This document shows positions 23,431 to 37,090 of a stretch of DNA of 64,000 nucleotides, piece after piece. Made by a program: the position numbers and the translations under genes. The DNA is from Adineta vaga (lineage: Eukaryota; Animalia; Rotifera): contig CP075497.1 in the NCBI GenBank assembly GCA_021613535.1, positions 1,674,001-1,738,000 on the forward strand, written 5' to 3'. Numbering within the stretch: the stretch's first letter is position 1; the number at the start of each line of letters is the position of its first letter. Below the pieces are notes generated by a model that was given only the letters and a program-made list of their open reading frames with translations, did not search any database and had not been told where the DNA came from.

Positions 23431-24890
23431 ATGTTACTTTTTAAACGAAAAAAACTTATTAGAAATACTTCTTACCTACTTACAATAGTGATATTTATTA
23501 CAATTAGTTATAATATAGGTCAATGCATAAAACAAAATGTTTAACTGATAAAAATTTACATTTTTTCTAGGACAAGATTTCTTTCATACTTCAATTAATG
23601 TTCCAATACAAATTCGTGTTCCTGAAAAACAATCGATAGATATTGAATTTCTAAATGTTTCAAATTTTGAAGGAGATCGATATAGAACACCCCGACATAA
23701 ATGTGGAACTAGTCGATATCCATCTTCTCGCATTTATTCAAGAGTATTTCGCTCCGATAAAATATTGAATTATCTTGGTTTTCTTCTTCGATCTCATTCA
23801 TTATTTTATTGTTCCGTACCGAAAGTTGCCACACGAACAATTCTTCCATTTATCACATATCTTCATATTCGTGATGATTTATTATCTTCATCAACAATTC
23901 AAAATAATTCCGATTTCAAATTTAAAAAATCATCCAATACTTTCAATGCAGATTACGTTGCAGGAAATATTTTGTCTTTATCTAATGTAAGTTAAATCAA
24001 AGTCTTCCATGAAAAGAGAAAGACTCAAACAAACATTTGTCTTTTCTACTTACATTTGTTTGTTTTAAAACTCGACATAATGTTTTTTTCTTCTCTTCTC
24101 TTCTTGTTATTTCAACTTCTATTCTCGTTAATTTGTTTAGAATAGCTTGAAAGCAGATTCATCTTCTATTCTCAAATTATTCCTCGCACGTTTAACAGAT
24201 AAAAATGCATCTAAAGTTGATATTTGGTCCATGTATGAAGACAAAGTATTGCCATATATTCGTCTTCAAACTTTATCTGATCCTTCGAAAATATATTCTT
24301 CAAACTTTACTCGTGCGATATTCGTTCGTCATCCATTAGATCGTTTAGCATCTGCTTATAGTGATAAAATTGGTACATTAAAAAATCGAACATCATCCTA
24401 TGATCAGATACGTCAAAAGATTTGTCGTCAAAATTCATTATTCTATTTAAATATTTCTCAACGAACATCTCGAAATCATCTAGCGAAACGTTTGTCCAAA
24501 GAAATTAATGAACGCTGTCGATTTGTTATTCCAACATTTGAACATTTTATTACTTACATGTTATCAACTGGATTACGTGCAGATGTTCATTGGCAACCTT
24601 ATACAAAATTATGTCAGGTTTGTTTATTGAAATATAATTTTATTGGAAAATATGAAACAATTGAAGAAGATTTAAACAGATTTATTTCATATTTGGGAAT
24701 GAAACCAGATGAATGGAATAAAAAAACCTATGAGAAAACAGGAAAAACAAAAGAAAATTATCAATTATTATATTCGAATTTATCTCAACAAACGATTTGT
24801 AATTTAAAACGATTTTATCGAGATGATTTTCACTTATTTGATTATCAATTTGAAGATTATTTAATTAATAAAAAAAATATTGATTGTTAA
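23431..24890 (+). CDS. Golgi carbohydrate sulfotransferase (Sulfotransfer_2, CHST8-14-like)
   Basis: N-terminal signal anchor (exon from 23431), 5'-PSB CSVPKVATRT, 3'-PB FVRHPLDRLASAYSDK, HWQPYTKLCQVC..YNFIGKYETIEED, and C-terminal YRDDFHLFDY. Confidence 0.9.
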
Positions 24891-25056
24891 TAAATATATA
24901 TATATCGTTCATTTCTATGTGATTTTAAATTATCTCCGATGTGGACTGTCATATAGAATTGTAATAGATAAATTTCCATGAAAATTCGTATTTATTTATT
25001 TAAGAAAAAGAAGATTAAAAATATCTGACAGAAGAAACGATATCATTGTTGATAAA

Positions 25057-25673
25057 TTATGTATGAAAAAGGAATTCAATAAAATCATGATAATTGATAG
25101 AGCCAGTTTTATTCGGATCAGCTTGATTAATCATATCATTAACTTCATCTTCAGTTAAATCACAATCCCACAACTAAAAAAGAACTTAATCTTCGATGAA
25201 TTTCTTACTAAAATCATTTACTCGAACGAATTTTTTCAATTCATTTGCATTGATCATTCCATTTTGATCTTTATCGAAAACATTAAATGTTTCTCGAAGT
25301 TCTTCTTCAAAATCCTGTTGATTAATTGGTGCTGTCATCATTGAAAGAAATTCTCTCATATCAATTCCACCCGATTGATCTTCATCAGCTGAACCAAGTA
25401 ATAAACGAGCTTCTTCTTTCGTAATTTTCATATCTTTAAACAAAAAAATATATATTTTTTTAAAATCTCATTTCTCATTTTGAACAAAGCACTACCTGCA
25501 GCTTTAGCAACTCGAAGAAGATCGTCAGGATTTATAAAACCTTTCGAACGTGTATCCATAAGAGAAAAAGATGCTTGAAAATCTTGAATTCTTTCTGCAG
25601 ATAATTCAATCGGTAAAGATAAATTTTGAGCTCGTGTCCCACCTGCTAATTCATTTTCACTTGAAATATTCAT
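25057..25673 (-). CDS. Calmodulin-like EF-hand protein (3 exons)
   Basis: EF-hand loops DTRSKGFINPDD, DEDQSGGIDMRE, DKDQNGMINANE and DPNKTGSINYHD. Confidence 0.88.
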
Positions 25674-26041
25674 GAGAATTCTTCTAAAAAATGTATTCGA
25701 TATAAAGCTGATCTTATCTATTTTGTGTTCATTATTACAAATATCTTGTATACTAAATACACACACATGTATTAAAGAAAAGAGAAAAAGAAAAGAAGAT
25801 AAACATCGAATAACATTTGAATTGAGAAAAAGAAGTTTTTGTTGTTCGATTCGTTAAATTAAAAAAAAACAGACAAATGAAGTTTGTTTGTTTATCTTTT
25901 TCTGTCATACAGCAAATACATACACATGAGAGAAGAAGAAAAAAAAAGTGAAGAAATATTGAATGTTTGAATAGATAGATTTAGAAGACTTTGCTTGTAT
26001 GTTGCCATTTTGGGAATGAGAAATGCTTTGTTTTTAATTGA

Positions 26042-27539
26042 TCATTTAATTGCTTGTAAAACTCCATTGACTTTTCTCGAGGTTAATCGACCATCTTCTT
26101 CGATTGTTTCTGTTGTTTGTCCGTTTTCTTCAACTCTAAAGCAAATCAAACCAATATTTAAATCAAATTTTAACAATCATTTTCATACCGTGTTGTTACA
26201 ATACGACGACCATTGATGATTTTTGTTGATTTAGTTGTTTTCTTTGCTACAGGCCGAGAATTTCCATTACTAAAACGAAAGAATTCTTTCGAATTCTATT
26301 TCTTTCTCTTTTAAAACTAACCCAAATGAAACATTAAATGACGATATAGATCCGACATGAGGATGTCCACCGAAATCATGATGTCGAAATGGATCATGAT
26401 CAAATAAAGACATTCTCATTGGAGAAAAAACACTATCAAACAATGCCATTTGTTGTCTATGTGGATCACGTCGTGATGATGATGAAGAAGATGAACGGAG
26501 ATTTCCAAATGGATGAAGATGATGATGGTGATGATGATGATGATTATGAAAATGAGCAAATGGATCCATTCCAAAACCTAAAATTATAGGAGATTTAGTT
26601 TTGAATAAATAAAATGATTCATTTCATGCGCAATTCAATTCAAACATCATTCATCAGGGATCATTTCAAAACGGGTTTTTTTTTCTTTTCTCTTTCTCAC
26701 CAAAATGAAAAACCTGACGTGTCCATTTTCCTATAATATTCGATTCAAATGAAATTCGATCCGAATATCAATATGAAATGATTAACAAACGAAAAAGAAC
26801 ATTTTCACTTACCAAAATCATCATCCATACCAAAATGAGACATAAATTGTTCAAAGATATCGAATGGATTGTGAAAATGAAATGTACGATTGAGAAAATC
26901 TTCGGAAAATCGTGAATAACCATTATTTGATGAATATCCACTATTGTTATGTCCATTTGATAATCCCGCTCGACCCAATTGATCATATTTTCGTCGTTTA
27001 TCTTCTACAAAAGACAAAACAACATTTTATTCATCTCTGAATCATTTTAGATGATTAATTAACACAAAATAACCTGTGTGAAAGACTCCTACATATTTTG
27101 TTTGAGATTTTGTAAATATTTACGTAAATATTTTTTCGGATGTGATTTTATATGAAATTACTCAAGTGAAATCAACTATGATTAATCAACATACAACGAA
27201 TTGAGGTTTATCCTTCCTTCAATGACTTTTTTTTCAAAACTTACTATCAGATAAAACTTCATAAGCTTCTGAGATTAATTTAAATTTTTCTTCTGCTTGT
27301 GTTTTGCTTGAGAGATTTTTATCCGGATGCCACTAAAAAATATTTAATATGAATTTATCGAAAACAAAACAAATTCAAATTTACTTTTAACGCTAATCGA
27401 CGATATCTAAACAAAAAACAACAAACGAACGTTTTCTTTCTGAACATTTCTTAATTAGAAACGGAAATACATACGATTTTTTAATTTCATCGTCAGTTGC
27501 TGTTTTCTGCACTTCAAGTATTTCATAAAAATCCGTCAT
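26042..27539 (-). CDS. DNAJB6: DnaJ homolog subfamily B member 6-like co-chaperone
   Basis: J-domain [35 protein letters not shown]...[14 protein letters not shown]-rich region with [11 protein letters not shown], and C-terminal [37 protein letters not shown]. Confidence 0.88.
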
Positions 27540-28700
27540 TGATAATTTCTTGATATATATATATTTCTCCTAAGAAATAAATAAATAAGTATTGATTTTT
27601 ATCTCATTGTTTATAATATCTTCTTCGTCTTTATATTTTTTCACATCAGATACCTTATTTCTTTATATCTCGTTTTTCTCCGAAAGCAAACAAACCTACG
27701 CACTTTATATGTATTGGTCTAACTAATGTTAGTTAGTTAGTTCTATGAGTATCCTGAGATGAAGAACGAGCAAAAAAAAGAAAGAAAAGAAATATAAAGC
27801 TTCTTTGCTTCATATCGATAATAATGATCAATTGATTGAGACTTACTTGTAAATATGTTCAACGAAGAAAAACTTTCACGTCACAATAAGATTTGTTTTT
27901 ATTGTGATGATCAAGTTTAGTTAATAATAAATAATTCGAATTTATTTTGATTGATTTTATTGAAAATAATTTATCTGAAAAAAGAAGAAAATTTGCGTTT
28001 TTTTTCTGAATAACCAATAATATTCGATTTTGACTTATTAGAAGAATGTTTTTTTTTTATCTGTAGACACTTGTCTTTTTCTTTGACATTCTAAGAATAT
28101 TCATCAGAAGAGATAAATGATCTTAACAATTGTAGACAAGTTCCCCCTACTGCGTCAATATGACAGGAGTACATTGATTCTTTCTCGTTAATCTCGAAGG
28201 ATCAATAAACATCGATATACGTCATTAATTCATTCACCAAAAACAATTTCAAACAATTCTATTGAGACATAAAACATGATCTTTTTTCAAGAAAATATAC
28301 TTATCAAGGATGTGTTGTACTTAAGATGTTCTGTTAGAAGACTTTGATATAAATAGAAAAGAAATGGCATAAAATCCATATTGTATTGTTTTTAAATGAG
28401 AAATAAATTTATTCGATTCGCCTACGTTTTTCTTGATCATCATTATTCCTTTCGATTACGAGACGAGGCGAGGCGGAGTATCGAACATTTATTCCAATGT
28501 TCTAGACGAAACAAACGAAGGACAAATAAACAATGATCCGGAAAATTTCATTGGTCGACTAATCCTCCAATAGAATCCATTAGAAAATGCATTACTGTGT
28601 TAGAGTATGTGTCATGTGCTTTTCTATGCGCATTGTCTATCTAGAATAAAATTATCGTATCATACGAAACGGAACGGAATAGTAAGATATACTTTATTGA

Positions 28701-29217
<517 letters not shown>

Positions 29218-30009
29218 ATTGAAAAAGATCTCATTAGAATCAAATCATCATGCATATAATCTCTCATATTCATCATTGTAAATAAATGTATGAAAGATCG
29301 CTTTGAAAATTTCATTCTATGTCTTTGTCTTGTAATATTTTCTTGTCTATATATCTAACATTTATTTATTCGAGATCCTTCTTTCGCTCTTTGTATATCT
29401 ATGAAAAAGAAAACGAACTGATTTTAATGTCAATTTATTAAATAAATATTCTGTCAGGGAAATAATATTAAACGTGGAATATTTTGATGATTCAAGAAGA
29501 ATTCGAACATACGAAGAAATTAAAACAAAGGAAGAATGAATCATTTCTTTTTCTTTTGTGGGGAAAAATTTCAAGTAATCCGGATCATTTTCAATGAAAA
29601 TCACGTGCAAATTCTATCGAATCGTTGTGGTTCCATCAAATTTGATGAGAATCTGAATGGAAATAGAGCGGATATACTAGATGTTCTATTGCATGAAGTC
29701 CTATCATCAAGTCATGACTTTGAATATTTGTCAGATAAAAACTTTTCAACGGAAAAATCATTTCTACTGAATATCAAAATATTTTTATACTTTCTATGTT
29801 CGCCATTTCCTGTCACTTTGAGCAATGCATTATGAAAAGATATAAACATTTCTCAAGTTTCTCCTTCTTACTAATTAAACATTGAGATACAAAAATAATA
29901 AAAGCAAGTAAAAAATGATCTATTCATTTTTCTAATTATGTTTTCTTTATAAAAATCATTGAAACGATACTCTCAATCTCATTTTCAAAACGAGAAAGAA
30001 AGCAAACTA

Positions 30010-30996
30010 ATGAGTTCTTTAACATCAATTCAAGTTATTCAAAGTCAACTTCTTCGTTATATTCCATTGATTACGATTATAATTGGCACAATTGGAAATA
30101 TTCTTAATTGTTTTATATTTACTCGTCGATCCCTTCGACGAAATCCTTGCTCAATATATTTTTTCGCGTCTAGTATCGCGAATTTCTTTGCAATATACTT
30201 CGGATGTTTTACTCGTTTATTGAGCAGTTTTTCAATTGACCCTCCACCTTCTCAAATGGCTTTGTATTGTAAAAGTAAAACCTTTTTAACTTATATTGGT
30301 TTAGCTGGTTCAGCTTGGTTTATTGTTGGAGCTTGTGCTGATCGTTATGCATCTAGCGCAGCGACTGTTCGAATTCGATCGTTTAGTCAAGTGAAGGTAG
30401 CACGTCGAGTTGTTGTTTTAATTGCAATTCTTGTCATTCTTGTTTATTTTCAAATGAATTTTTGTTTTGATGGAAATATTCAATCAGCGAATTGTTATCC
30501 AGCATCATCATTTTGTAATTATTGGAATGATTTTAATCTATTAATAACATTTAGTTTATTCCCTCCAATCTTAATGTTAATTCTTGGTTGGATGACAATA
30601 CGAAATGTTCGTCTTGGTCAACATTTACGACGTGAAACGAATTTTAAAGATCGACAATTAACAGCCATGCTTTTTATTCAAGTTATTTGTATTGTCATAC
30701 TTTCATGTCCAATTTCAATACAGAAAATTTATACAAATCTGACTTTAAATCAGAATAAAAGTCTTGAAATGAAACAAATCGAAAGTTTCTTCGCAACATT
30801 TGTGGTTTTATTAGCTTTATTGAATACTGCAACATCATTTTATTTATTTACATTAACTGGAAAAGTTTTTCGAAAAGAATTAAAACAACTGTTTTGGTCA
30901 AAACGACAACAACCAACTGTTCAACCAACTGCTACCGTTATAATAAAAGCAGCAAATAGAAAAAGCCTTTTTCCTGGTATTCAGAACGAATATTGA
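30010..30996 (+). CDS. Intronless rhodopsin-like (class A) orphan 7TM GPCR
   Basis: GTIGNILN in TM1, NPCSIYF, ADRY motif at the end of TM3, seven hydrophobic segments, and FRKEL helix 8. Confidence 0.9.
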   Translation: MSSLTSIQVIQSQLLRYIPLITIIIGTIGNILNCFIFTRRSLRRNPCSIYFFASSIANFFAIYFGCFTRLLSSFSIDPPPSQMALYCKSKTFLTYIGLAGSAWFIVGACADRYASSAATVRIRSFSQVKVARRVVVLIAILVILVYFQMNFCFDGNIQSANCYPASSFCNYWNDFNLLITFSLFPPILMLILGWMTIRNVRLGQHLRRETNFKDRQLTAMLFIQVICIVILSCPISIQKIYTNLTLNQNKSLEMKQIESFFATFVVLLALLNTATSFYLFTLTGKVFRKELKQLFWSKRQQPTVQPTATVIIKAANRKSLFPGIQNEY

Positions 30997-31459
30997 AACA
31001 TTTTTTAACAAATATGCAAAAAAATTTGAGTAATTAGTTATAATCTTAAAGTTGTATTTTAATGGAACTAATTCATTATCCGTCTATTCGATATTAACTA
31101 ATATTATTGTTAATAACTCTGTTCGAAGAAAATCATTTCTCAATTCTATATTATGTACACGATTTCTATAATGATTGTTTTATTGCTGTTACAGGTTTCG
31201 ACACATGTTCACTTTATCTTTCTTTTGATAACAATGGAAAAAATAAAATTCTTCTCTTATTGATTATTAAACTTTCATGTCTTCACATTTCAAGAAGTCT
31301 ATAAAAAAAAGAAATGCCTAAAACAGAAACGAATCTTTCACTAGTTGCATTAGTTTGAACTATAATGATGATGTTAAGGTACGAGTGCAAATGTAACAAG
31401 TCAATTTGCATCACCTATTGAATGTAAAAGTGCAAAATCAACAGCGGATTAAGTAAAAC

Positions 31460-31905
31460 ATTCATCAAGTGTTGCTACTACTCGAATATGATCATTTGGT
31501 CAAGTGAAAATTGAACGTCGTGTTGTTCTAATTATTGCAATTCTTATTTATTTTCCAATGAATTTTTGTTGTGATAGAAATTTTGAATCAGCACATTGTT
31601 ATTCGTAAATATCATTTTATAATACATGGAATGATTTTAATGTTAATATTCTTGGTTGAATGATAATACAAAACATTCGTTTTGATCAATATTTATGAAG
31701 AGATGCAGAGTTTAAAGATCGACTATTAACAATAGTGCTTTTTATTCAAGTGATTTGTTTTCGTGTTATACTTTCAATTAAAGTAAAACAATCGAAATGG
31801 AACAATCTGAAAGTTTATTTTTGTTCCAAACGAAGACATGCAAATGTTGAACCAACAGCAATGACGAAAATAAACAATAGAAAAAGTCTTTTTCATATTG
31901 AACAA
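31460..31905 (+). pseudogene. Decayed tandem copy of the 3' half of the adjacent GPCR
   Basis: 31490-31620 aligns with 30370-30530 (CAAGTGAA..CGTCG.GTTGTT, ATGAATTTTTGTT.TGAT, GGAATGATTTTAAT). Also matches TTTAAAGATCGAC and AATAGAAAAAG.CTTTTTC, with stops and deletions. Confidence 0.8.
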
Positions 31906-32381
31906 AGTTTATAAGACAAATAAGCTGAACTCCATGCACTTTTTTCTAATGATTTCAGAGTGAAAAACGTCCCAAAATAGATTTGCCATAGCGATCAGTG
32001 CTATAAGGTAACATATGTCACATTTGAAAATCCATCGAAGAAGATCATCGCATTGCCTTAGACATCACGATGTGTAAAGAATAGTATAATCAAAATTGTA
32101 CCTTAATCCTTTGATTAGACTATTGAAGTGATACTCTAATTGAACCTTCAAATGACACATTCAATTTCTCCTGCTACGATAGATACAACATCAATATTCA
32201 AATTAGAAAATATGTCGATATTCATTCTATTAATAGAATTCTCCATTCTGTTTCTCCTAGATCATTTCTCTGATTGATCCAGGGATAAAATCAAATTGTC
32301 CATGTGTGTGTGTATGTAAAAGAGAAGAAAAGAAAAGAAAAGAAATCGATTCGATCTGATGATCATTTAATGCTTGTAAAC

Positions 32382-33762
32382 ATGACTAGTCACACATCGC
32401 GTCGTTATCCATTAAAACGTGTTCGACCAGATAATGAGAATCAAGGTTCAATTTCAATTTCTACTGAACAAACAAAGAAAAAATTTTGTCGGCAATCTTC
32501 GGAAGGTTTGATTTTAAGTTTTTTTCTAAAGATAATCTAATTTTTCTTTTTCTTAAAGATTCAGCATTTGTTGAAAGTGAAAAATCATCTGATGAACGTG
32601 CATTTGATCTATTTCATAAGTAAAGAAAAGCTTTTCTTCTTTTCAAAATTCTTTTGTTCATTCTTTCAGTGAATATTTTCTTCAATTTCGTCCTTTTTTT
32701 AAACATCGTTCAATTGTCATACAATTTATTGAACATCTTTGGTCAAACATGACGGAAACAGCGAAAGTGTCATTTGTAAAAAAGATTCTTAAAGAACAAG
32801 GAATTTATGATATTTCATCAAGAAATTTTCATGAAAATGAAAGTTTTTTAAATGATGGTAAATCAAAATTTTCTTTGCTTTTTTCTCATAAATTTTCCAT
32901 TTGATAGAAAATGATTCACAAACAAACAAATCATTGAATGGAAGTCTTCCAATATGGAATACAAATAATCGATATAGTCGAAGTTTTATCAATGATCTTT
33001 TATCTTATATGAAGTATTCCATAACACCTCGATTTATTGATAAAAAGTAAGTTTTAATTTATATTTCAAAAGTTTATTTCGAAGTTTGTCTCATTTTGAA
33101 AGATTACCATCAAAAAATCCAATTCCACTTCGCCGATCTTCACGTATTCGTCGAGCACCAAGTAAATGTTCTTGTTCCACATGTAAAACAACACAAGGAT
33201 CAGAAGAACATCCATCTTCAATATCAACTATGAGCAATGATTCAGGTTAATCTTTAGTTTTCTCTTTTATTCCTAATATTCTTCTGCTGTTTCTTGTAGA
33301 TTATCAAATCTTCCGACATTTGATTGATCATTATCAACAACTGTGAGTAAAAGAATAATTCAATCTATTAACTAATCGATTATTTTGTAGTGATGATCAA
33401 TTTACAAATCTTTCAACTGATAATATTAAACTTAATGAAACAAATGAAAAATCAATATCCTTTACTGACGTTTGTTTTCTAAAAATTCTTTGGAATCAAT
33501 TCTTTTTTTCCTACTTAAATAGGTTAATGAATTACCAAACACATCATCATTAATGGATAATACAATTCCAGCAGATAATACAAATGATATTCCATTATCT
33601 TCAATTGACTTTTCAATTGATTCATCAATAAATTTCAATGAAAAAGATTCAGTAATTGAGAATGTAGATGAACGTCCAACACGACGTACTTATGTAATAT
33701 TAACTGAACTTGATGAACCATTTTTTGGTCCTTATCCGATTGAATTTACTATAACAATTTAA
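32382..33762 (+). CDS. Uncharacterised multi-exon protein with a degenerate HMG-box-like segment
   Basis: GT-AG exons join to AFDLFHNEYFLQFRPFFKHRSIVIQFIEHLWSNMTETAKVSF (HMG-like spacing), then LRRSSRIRRAPSKCSCSTC and an acidic tail. Confidence 0.55.
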
Positions 33763-34472
33763 AATCCCTTATTTCCCTTCATTTAATATACCCGATTGCT
33801 TGTGTTTGTATTTTTTTTGTAAATCTCTAGTTAGTTTTTGTTTATATATATATTTTTTTTTGAGATCTTGTGTATTCATTTAAAATCTATAGTATTTCAT
33901 TAAGAATCTCTCTCTAACTATTTTGAAACTTTTTTTTCTTCTTCTTCTATGATGAACAGAAACAATATAAATGTAGAAAAATGTTATTGATTTTGTTGAA
34001 TAAAACGTCCTTATTGGCAAATATTTTAAAATTAAATTTCAAGTTTTTTTTGTTACTTAGTTACTCTAGAAAAATCGCTTCCGTGCAATAGTTAATCATC
34101 TACATAGAATATTTATGAATGAGGTAACTTTTGATAGATGTCGCTTTTAGAAAAGTGATAAACTCTTGGTTTCATGTTTGAAATAATTCCTAAACTTAAG
34201 TATTATTCGTATCTAATCATTGAGTTCGAATTTCTTGTAGTTATTTGATAAATTTACCTTGCAATATCTAAATGGAGTCTTTGCTGTAACAACGATGATG
34301 GTGATGTCTTGTCATTTGTAAACTATGGTTGTTGGGCATAAAACACATACTCACAGAATCTACTTTGTTTTTTTGATTGTTTTATAGTGACATGATTTGT
34401 TTCGTGTGGAATTTCGATTCTTTTACTGATTGATATTTTAGAATATTCGATCTTTATTCACCAAAGAAAAGA

Positions 34473-36034
34473 ATGGCCGCTACACTTGTGAAACCACCTA
34501 ATTCAACATATACATTTGCGAGTCAACCGAAAGTTATCCAACAACAACAAGGACAACGACAAAAATTTCGACAAGCACCTGAACTTTCACAGTATGTTCA
34601 ATTCTTTGATTTAATTATTATATTATTCGTATTTATTTCAGAGACGAAAGCAATCTTTATGGAAATATAATGTATGATCGCCGTGTTATTCGTGGTAACA
34701 CTTATGCGCTTCATACACTTCCTGCTGTAAATAATTTCACTGATGATTTTACTATGAAATCTAATGTTTATTTTGTTATATTAAATAGCATGCTCAACCA
34801 GATCCAATTGAAGTTCAACGTCGACAAGAAGCAAAACGACGAGCATTAGCAAGACGTAAAGCTCAAGATCAAATGCGTACAAGAACACCAGAACCTGTAC
34901 ATGATCGAAGAAATGTTGATGTTCAAACAGAACTCTATCTTGAAGAACTCAGGTATTTAATTTTAAATTGAACCTAATTTTCTCAATAATAAAATTCAAA
35001 TGTTTGTTTATAGTGATCGAATAGAAGAAGCTGATGTTGATGTTCAAACAGATGCTTTTCTTGATCGTCCACCTTCACCTCTATTCATTCCTCAATCGAC
35101 TGGCAAAGATGTTTCTACTCAAATTGAAGATGGCGACGTAACATTTTATCTTTTTCTTCGCTTAAGAAACTTCTGCTTGTTTTCTTTAGTTATTTGATTT
35201 TGATCTTGAAGTGAAACCAATTGTTGAAACATTAGTTGGTAAAACAGTTGAACAAGCATTAATTGAAGTTGCTGAAGAAGAAGAATTAGCTGAAATTCGT
35301 GAACAACAACGAGAATATGAAGAATTACGAAATGCCGAATTAATTGAATTACAACGATTAGAAGAACAAGAAAGACGTTTAAGAGCTGAAAAAGATCGTC
35401 GAATGAAACAAGCCAAAGACTCACTTCAAGCTGAACAAGATGTTGCACAAAAGATTGCTGCAAGAGCTTTTGCCAAAGCTTATTTACAAGATCTTGTTCC
35501 AAGTGTATTTAATAATTTGAGAGAAAATGGATACTTCTATGATCCTGTTGAACATGGTAAAAGATTTTCTTTTATAAATCATAACAAAATAACTAAGATT
35601 TCAAAAATTTTAGAAATTGAAACATCATTTATGCCTTGGTTAATGAACAAGACTTTGACACATGTCAATCAATTAGTACTTGGTCGAACAATTCTCGATT
35701 CCATTATTCGTGATGTTGTCAATCAACGAATTGATGATTATGAAAAGTTAGCAGACACATTAAAACAAGTTATTGAAGGTGCTGTAGATATGGGAACATC
35801 AACTGGAGATGTTGCACAAAATTCTGAAAGACATGAATCAGGACATGAAGAATTACTTGCTAATACAAATGATGAAGGAGAAACTAATGTCAGTGCCTTG
35901 CCGACTGGTAAAGAAATTTGTTTTTGTAATTAGAAACAAAATTTGAATAAAATAAATTCTTTTCAGATGATATTCTTGATGAACGTGACGAAGATCAAGC
36001 AAATGCAGAAGAAGAAACAGGTGTTGACCAGTAA
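34473..36034 (+). CDS. RSPH3: Radial spoke head protein 3
   Basis: YGNIMYDRRVIRGNTYA, VQTELYLEEL, QTDAFLDRPPSPLFIP, GKDVSTQIEDGDLFDFDLEVKPIVETLVGKTVEQALIEV. Confidence 0.95.
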
Positions 36035-37090
36035 TTTGATCTTGAAAAATCTTTCGTTTTCTTTGCTTCTAAACTTAGTTCATGTTTTTGTCTATGTCTG
36101 CTTTTTTTTCATTTTATCGTCGAAAATAAAATATCAGAAATTTTCTTTTGAATATAAAAGATTTTGAGATATTCAACCAAATTCAAATGTATTGATATAA
36201 ATCGTATTTGTATGTCGTTTAGCAATAAAATAACTATTTGATCAATGATTGAAGCAGAACAGATATTGAGTTAATTCAGAAATATCTGTATAATGAATAT
36301 TAATCAGATTGAGCAATTGAATGGTACGATCTTATAAGAATCGTACACCTGATTCGATCTAATATGATCAAATAAGACGAAAAACATGTAAAAATCAGCA
36401 TCTATAAGATTTTATATTCGATTGTACTTGAAGATTCTTATATAATTTCGTTTAGGTTATAAGATCTTATTAGGTGTTTCACAAGTGATATAAAACGTCT
36501 TGATCTAAATGAAATCAACGATAGATGTATCCTTTAAAACATAGCTCTCAAAAGAAAACAAGACATTCAATATATGGTAGATAAAGGAAAATGTGTTTGA
36601 TATCTTCAAAGAAAAACAAATTTAGATGCTTTCACTGTCAATAACATTTTCCTATTTTCTTAATCAAAACTGGATAACAAAATACAAAGATTCAAAGTAC
36701 GTATGAAATGCTTATAATTATAAGCCGGTCCGCTACTATCAACGTTCGCCGATCGTACCGATCATTGACGCTAGAGTATCGACTTACATCTCTAACGCAA
36801 GTGCTCGTTTTGTTCCAAATATATCATCATTCTATGTAAAATTTTCAAATGTACAGATAAACGAATGTAATTAATGTGCATTGAAAATAGCACTTCATCT
36901 ACAGTCCTGATGCTACTGATGTCACAAATCGAAGCGAATGTTGTTGTTGGTGGTTTCGAATTAATTGTCATTAAAAAAGAACGCATACTAGAACAAGATT
37001 GTTTCCACTCGTCCATTAAAACGAACTGGAACTTTAGAAACACCGTCACCCTGATAAAGAGAATCAAAAAAAGAAACAGATAAATATCAC

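Noticed and set aside
28080-28660. Possible heat-shock elements between divergent DNAJB6 and GABARAP
   Set aside because: Only partial GAAnnTTC matches, which are expected by chance in AT-rich DNA.
35146-35502. Antisense ORFs over RSPH3
   Set aside because: Mirror frames of a Glu/Arg-rich coiled-coil exon.
36320-36480. TCTTATAAGA-like repeated motifs
   Set aside because: Probably an old MITE remnant, but no termini could be defined.
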